DNA of 32,000 nt, from the NCBI RefSeq assembly GCF_000009045.1, contig NC_000964.3, forward strand, positions 4,050,001 to 4,082,000, written 5' to 3'. This document shows, in pieces, positions 24,896 to 32,000 of the stretch. Origin of the DNA: Bacillus subtilis subsp. subtilis str. 168. Lineage in GTDB: Bacteria; Bacillota; Bacilli; Bacillales; Bacillaceae. Each line of letters opens with the position of its first letter. The stretch's first letter is position 1. Made by a program: the position numbers and the translations under genes. Under the pieces are notes generated by a model that was not told the DNA's origin, searched no databases, and saw nothing but the letters and a program-made list of their open reading frames with translations.

Positions 24896-25765
24896 TTATG
24901 CCAGACCTAATTCTTCTTTCATTTTCTTAAGCATAAATCGGCTTGATTCATCCGCTCTTTCATCGACCCAAGCAAATACGGCATTCGTCGCAATTCCGTC
25001 GAACTTCATCTCTCTCAGTTTTCTGAAAATCGTATCAAAATCAACCTCGCCTTGGCCAATGTCCAAATGCTGGTGAACCGTTACTTTCGCGTCAGGCGGA
25101 TTGACGATGTAGCGAAGGCCATGAGCCGCTTTATGATTATAGGTATCTGCAAATAAAACATGTGTGAGGCGGTCGCCGGCTTCGTCAAACATGGTCTCGA
25201 TGTCGCCTTTGCCGTCATCATAGAAGAACGTATGCGCAGTCGAGTAGACAAGATTGATCCAATCCTTGTCAAGCGCGCGGATCATATCCATCGCACCTTT
25301 GTGCGTTTCGATAAAATCATATGGATGGGCTTGAAGATTGAGTTTAATGCCTTCTTTTTCAAAGACTGGCAGAAGCTCATCCATGGATTTGATAAATTTT
25401 TCTTCACTTGTTAAAGGATCATATTTTGAACCGCTGAATTCGCTGTTCATCAAATCCACTTCAAGTTCAACCGCAATTTCGATTGCCCGTTTCCAGTTGC
25501 GCACTGCTGCCTGGCGGCGGTCTTCATCGGGTCCCGCCCAGTGGTAAAGAGGAAGAAGCGATGAAAGCTTAACACCTGTATCTCTTAAAAGGCGCTTTAA
25601 TTGTTTGATCTTTGCTGAATCGACTTTCGGATATTTATAAAACGGGCAAAAATCCTCGCGCGGCGATAATTCGATATATTCATAGCCGAGCTCTGCCGTT
25701 TTATAGACCATTTCCTCTAAAGTTAAATCATCACGATACATGGATGGATCCAATGCTAACTTCAT
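24896..25765 (-). CDS. iolH: sugar-phosphate isomerase/epimerase-like TIM-barrel protein of the iol operon
   Basis: 289 aa, recognised as IolH. AGAGGAGTGAAAAT lies upstream of ATG 25765. Confidence 0.93.
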
Positions 25766-25784
25766 ATTTTCACTCCTCTGTTTT

Positions 25785-28158
<2,374 letters not shown>

Positions 28159-28172
28159 ATGTTCATTCCCCA

Positions 28173-29066
28173 TTAAGCCAGATCCAACAACTGCTGATCA
28201 ATATAGTTTCTCGCAATCAATGCATACTCCAGCGGGTTTGCAACATCGGGGTCTTGTTCAGCTTCAATGACAATCCATCCGGAATAACTGTGCTTCAACA
28301 GCAGCTGATATACTTCTCTAAAGTCAATGCAGCCGTCACCGGGAACCGTAAACATGCCTTTTAAAAATGATTGCCGGAACGATTGTCCTTCGAGCCTGCA
28401 TTGTTCCATGACATTCAGGCGGGCATCCTTAAAGTGCACATGCTTAATGCGGCCGATATGCTTCTCAAGCATCCCCATGTAATCGCCGTCAGAAATATAC
28501 GCATGGCCTGTATCATAGAGGAGGTGTACATGCGCAGGGTCTGTTCCTGCCATCAGGCGGTCCACTTCTTCCGCTGTTTGGACACCAGTGCCGAGATGAT
28601 GATGATAGACAAGCTTCAAGCCATGCTGAGCGGCAATTTCGCCAAGGTGATTCAGCCCTTCGCAAAGCCGCTCCCATTCATCATCCGTAAAGTGCGGCTT
28701 CTCTGTGAACACATTTTTCTCCAAGCTTTGCACGCTGTACGTTTGTTCAGAGACAACTGCGACATCCGCGTTTACTTGCTGCAAATACTCACAATGCAGG
28801 GTAAATGTCTTTGCCGCTTCACCAAGTCCGTCACGCAAAATAAAACTGCTGAACCATTTTCCTGCAATGCGTAAGTTCCGAAGCTTCAGCTCTTTGTTCA
28901 GGATGGCAGGTTCGGGGAAAAAGCCCCCGACCTCCGTGCCTTGAAAACGTGCGACAACGATATCACTTAACAAATGCTGAAGTGTATTTCCCGCTCCAAT
29001 TTCAGGCATGTCATCATTCCGCCACCCAATGGGAGCGATTCCCCACAGGATTTCATTTTTGCCCAT
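28173..29066 (-). CDS. iolE: 2-keto-myo-inositol (inosose) dehydratase (xylose-isomerase-like TIM barrel)
   Basis: 297 aa, recognised as IolE. GAGGGGAGGCACC lies upstream of ATG 29066. Confidence 0.95.
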
Positions 29067-29082
29067 CTATGGTGCCTCCCCT

Positions 29083-30996
29083 CTAATACTGCTTCGCAGA
29101 TTCCAGCTTTTTCTCTTTTGCTTCGTATGCTTTCTGAACGCTTTCTTGTTCAGATACCTCTGCCACCCCGACATGCCACCAGCTGTCATAGCCGTCCGTC
29201 ATTGTTTTAGGCAGCACCTTCATTTCAATTAATGTTGATACATCCTGTTTCTTCGCATCCTCTAACGCAGCTTTTAATTCTTCTACTGTGTTTGCACGGT
29301 AGGTTTTCGCGCCGTATCCCTCAGCGACTTTCGCGTAATCGACATTCAGGATTTGGTTGTCATCTGTGCGGAACTCGCAATAGTAGCTGCCGCTGCCGTG
29401 ATCCATTTGCAGGTTGTTGATGCATCCGAATCCTGAGTTGTCAAAGAGCAGCACATTGATTTTCTTGTTGTACTGAATCGCCGTGATCAGTTCAGAATGA
29501 AGCATCAGGAAGCTGCCGTCTCCGACGATTGAATACACTTCTCTGTCAGGGTGGGCCAGTTTAAGACCGAGTGTCCCGGACACTTCATAGCCCATGCAAG
29601 AATATCCATACTCCAGGTGATACGTATTCGGAACATTAGAATGCCACAGACGCTGCAAATCTCCTGGGAGTGAGCCTGCTGAACAGATGATGACGCTGTC
29701 TTCAGGAATCGTCTCGTTGATTGTCAGCAATGCCGTTGTTTGCGGAAGCTCCGTATTCAACGCGTCAGCATATTCATTCAGGACCTCTTGAGAAAAGTGA
29801 TTTTTGATTTCCGGATCAAATGCTTCCCGCTTAAACGTCACTTTGCTGAGACGCTCGCGTTCAGCTAGCCATTCGTCCTTCAGCTCCCGGATCGTTGTGC
29901 CGAACTCGCTCTCATAGCCTTCAAGCAAGCCGTGCAGTTTGCCAAGCGTCACTTTCGCATCCGCCACCACTTGGAATGCATCAAGTTTATACGCCTGCAT
30001 TCGGCTGACGTTAATGTTCAAAAACTTCGCTTTATCAAAATCAAAAGCGGTCTTAGAGGATGTCGCAAAATCTGTATACCTTGTGCCGATGCCGATAATC
30101 AAATCAGCTTGGCGGGCCGCTTTGTTTGCCGCAAGTGTACCTGTGATGCCCATTCCGCCAAGGTTGTTCGCAAAATCTGCCTCAACGGTAGACTTTCCTG
30201 CCTGCGTTTCAACTAACGGAATGTTATAGGCTTCAGAAATGGCAACCAATTCATCGCGCGCACCGGAATATTTTGCGCCTCCGCCGACGAGAATCACAGG
30301 TTTTTTGCTGGATTTAATCAGCTCCGCCGCACCTTGAAGCTCGCGCTCGCTCGGCTGCATGCGATCAATATAGTGAACCCGTTTGACGAAGAAACTTTCA
30401 TCAAAATCGTATGCTTCCCCTTCAACATCCTGAGAAATACAAATCGTTGCCGGACCTGCTTTTGCCGGATCAGTCATGACTTCAAACGCGCGCAGCAAAC
30501 TGCTCATCAGCTGCTCAGGGCGCGTAATGCGGTCCCAGTATCTCGATACAGGCTTCAATGCATCGTTTGTCGTAATCGCCGCACTGTATTCTTGCTCCAT
30601 TTGCTGCAGTACAGGGTCTGGCTGTCTTGTCGCAAATGTGTCTGCCGGAATCAAGAGAACTGGGATATTATTTGCCAATGCAGTGCCGGCTGCCGCCACC
30701 AAGTTAGCCGCTCCAGGTCCGACGGATGTAGACACCGCATATATTTTTCTTCTCAGCATTTGCTTGCTGTACGCCATGGCCGCATGCGCCATTCCTTGTT
30801 CATTTTTCCCTTGATAGACTTTCAAATGGCCTGCATCCTGCTCAAGCGCCTGCCCGATCCCTAATACGTTTCCATGACCGAAAATCGTGAAGATCCCTTC
30901 GACAAAAGGCTCTTCCTTTCCATCTACATGGATGTACTGCTGGTTTAAGAATTTAATCAGCGCCTGCGCAGTTGTTAAGCGAATTTTCTTACCCAC
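29083..30996 (-). CDS. iolD: thiamine-diphosphate-dependent 3D-(3,5/4)-trihydroxycyclohexane-1,2-dione hydrolase
   Basis: Track ORF 29083..31008 trimmed to GTG 30996 ((M)[12 protein letters not shown]...), which has AAAGGTGGGA 6 nt upstream. Result is 637 aa. ThDP motif GDGSFLML...N. Confidence 0.93.
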   Translation of the reverse strand: MGKKIRLTTAQALIKFLNQQYIHVDGKEEPFVEGIFTIFGHGNVLGIGQALEQDAGHLKVYQGKNEQGMAHAAMAYSKQMLRRKIYAVSTSVGPGAANLVAAAGTALANNIPVLLIPADTFATRQPDPVLQQMEQEYSAAITTNDALKPVSRYWDRITRPEQLMSSLLRAFEVMTDPAKAGPATICISQDVEGEAYDFDESFFVKRVHYIDRMQPSERELQGAAELIKSSKKPVILVGGGAKYSGARDELVAISEAYNIPLVETQAGKSTVEADFANNLGGMGITGTLAANKAARQADLIIGIGTRYTDFATSSKTAFDFDKAKFLNINVSRMQAYKLDAFQVVADAKVTLGKLHGLLEGYESEFGTTIRELKDEWLAERERLSKVTFKREAFDPEIKNHFSQEVLNEYADALNTELPQTTALLTINETIPEDSVIICSAGSLPGDLQRLWHSNVPNTYHLEYGYSCMGYEVSGTLGLKLAHPDREVYSIVGDGSFLMLHSELITAIQYNKKINVLLFDNSGFGCINNLQMDHGSGSYYCEFRTDDNQILNVDYAKVAEGYGAKTYRANTVEELKAALEDAKKQDVSTLIEMKVLPKTMTDGYDSWWHVGVAEVSEQESVQKAYEAKEKKLESAKQY

Positions 30997-31028
30997 AAAC
31001 GATCCCACCTTTACTCGATCTTTTTCAA

Positions 31029-32000
31029 TTATGACTGTGCTTCAATAAGCTGTTCGATTTCTTCCGCAGTCGGCATCGCTTCTGACGAACTGTGCTTGCT
31101 CACCACAATGGAGGCTGAAGCACTGCCGTATTTCAATGCCGTTTCAATGTCTTTTCCGCTGACAAGGCCATAGATAAAGGCTGACGCATAGGAGTCACCG
31201 GCCCCAAAGGTTTTCAGCACTTTTGTCTTGTACGCTTGAGCGCGGAATACCTCGCCGGATTTGCTGTATGCGTAAGAGCCTTCGACGCCGTGTTTGATGA
31301 CAACGAGGTCGGCTGAATGGCCAAATAAATGATTGACGGATTCTTCATTGCTTCCGCCTGTGCGGTTTTCCATCACATCAAATTCATCGCGTGTGCCGAT
31401 GACGATATCAGACTGCTCGGCAACCAAAGAATAATAAACGGCTGTTTCATCTGATGACTGCCACGTATATGGCCGGTAATCCAGTTCGAATACCACCTTA
31501 ACCTGATGCTTTTTCGCGTATTGAACAGCTTTTAACACCGCTTCCCGTGACGGGCTTTTGGCGAGCGCTGTCCCGGAGACAAGCAGCATTTTCGCATTTG
31601 CGATATAGTCCTCACTTACCTCTGAAGGCTCAAGATAAAGATCCGCCACATCATCGCGATACATTAAGATGCTGCATTCTTCAGGGCTGAGGATTTCTGT
31701 AAATGCAAGGCCTGCTTTGTGTCCATCTTGATCAACAATCATCTGTGTAGTATCCACGCCGGTCTTTCTCATATAGGACTCTATGAATCTTCCATGCTGG
31801 TCATCCGGAATTTTGCCGATGAAGCCCGCTTTTAAGCCAAGCTTCGCGCTGCCGATCGCGATATTCGCAGGTGAACCGCCGACATATTTCGAAAATGTCA
31901 TCGTTTCTTCCATTGGGCGGTTGTATTCGACTGCGTTCAGATCAATACATGCCCGGCCGATGGCAACAATATCAAAAGCCTTCTCTTCATTGAATGTATA
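31029..32000 (-). CDS. iolC: 5-dehydro-2-deoxygluconokinase (PfkB/ribokinase family); the 5' end (about 2 codons) lies beyond the right window edge
   Basis: The track ORF starts at internal Met 31913, but the frame stays open to the window edge. The rc of 31975..32000 translates as YTFNEEKAF..., continuing to ...[18 protein letters not shown]. PfkB signature [10 protein letters not shown] near the C-terminus. Confidence 0.93.
   Translation of the reverse strand, partial: YTFNEEKAFDIVAIGRACIDLNAVEYNRPMEETMTFSKYVGGSPANIAIGSAKLGLKAGFIGKIPDDQHGRFIESYMRKTGVDTTQMIVDQDGHKAGLAFTEILSPEECSILMYRDDVADLYLEPSEVSEDYIANAKMLLVSGTALAKSPSREAVLKAVQYAKKHQVKVVFELDYRPYTWQSSDETAVYYSLVAEQSDIVIGTRDEFDVMENRTGGSNEESVNHLFGHSADLVVIKHGVEGSYAYSKSGEVFRAQAYKTKVLKTFGAGDSYASAFIYGLVSGKDIETALKYGSASASIVVSKHSSSEAMPTAEEIEQLIEAQS

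Overview
This is a gene-dense chromosomal segment of a Bacillus subtilis 168-type genome: 34 CDS, roughly 90% coding by eye, almost all on the minus strand. I recognise the translated ORFs and their order from memory; no alignment was run. The order is pdp(5' part)-nupC-deoC(dra)-deoR | yxxB | yxeR | yxeQ-P-O-N-M-L-K | yxeI | yxeH-G-F | yxeE, yxeD (+ strand) | yxeC | yxeB (+ strand) | yxeA-yxdM-yxdL | yxdK-yxdJ | iolJ-I-H-G-F-E-D-C(3' part). The functional blocks are: (1) deoxyribonucleoside catabolism with its DeoR operator and a cre; (2) a CymR-type S-substituted-cysteine salvage operon; (3) an Ntn-hydrolase gene of the penicillin V acylase family; (4) a lipoprotein / membrane protein / HAD phosphatase trio; (5) two low-complexity sporulation-type proteins; (6) a Fur-box-controlled orphan siderophore-binding lipoprotein; (7) a Bce-type antimicrobial-peptide sensing/detox module (two-component system + ABC transporter + DUF1093); (8) eight genes of the myo-inositol catabolic operon. 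Thirteen track ORFs are over-extended at the N-terminus, and I reset their starts to the ATG/GTG with a Shine-Dalgarno. Ten terminator-like hairpins partition the transcription units. I see no rRNA, tRNA, CRISPR array, transposase, integrase, phage, restriction-modification or toxin-antitoxin gene. I also see no frameshifted gene and no break in the expected gene order. I therefore find no evidence for an inserted island or a clearly undescribed system. The findings below cover the under-explained genes and non-coding structures of an otherwise well-mapped region.
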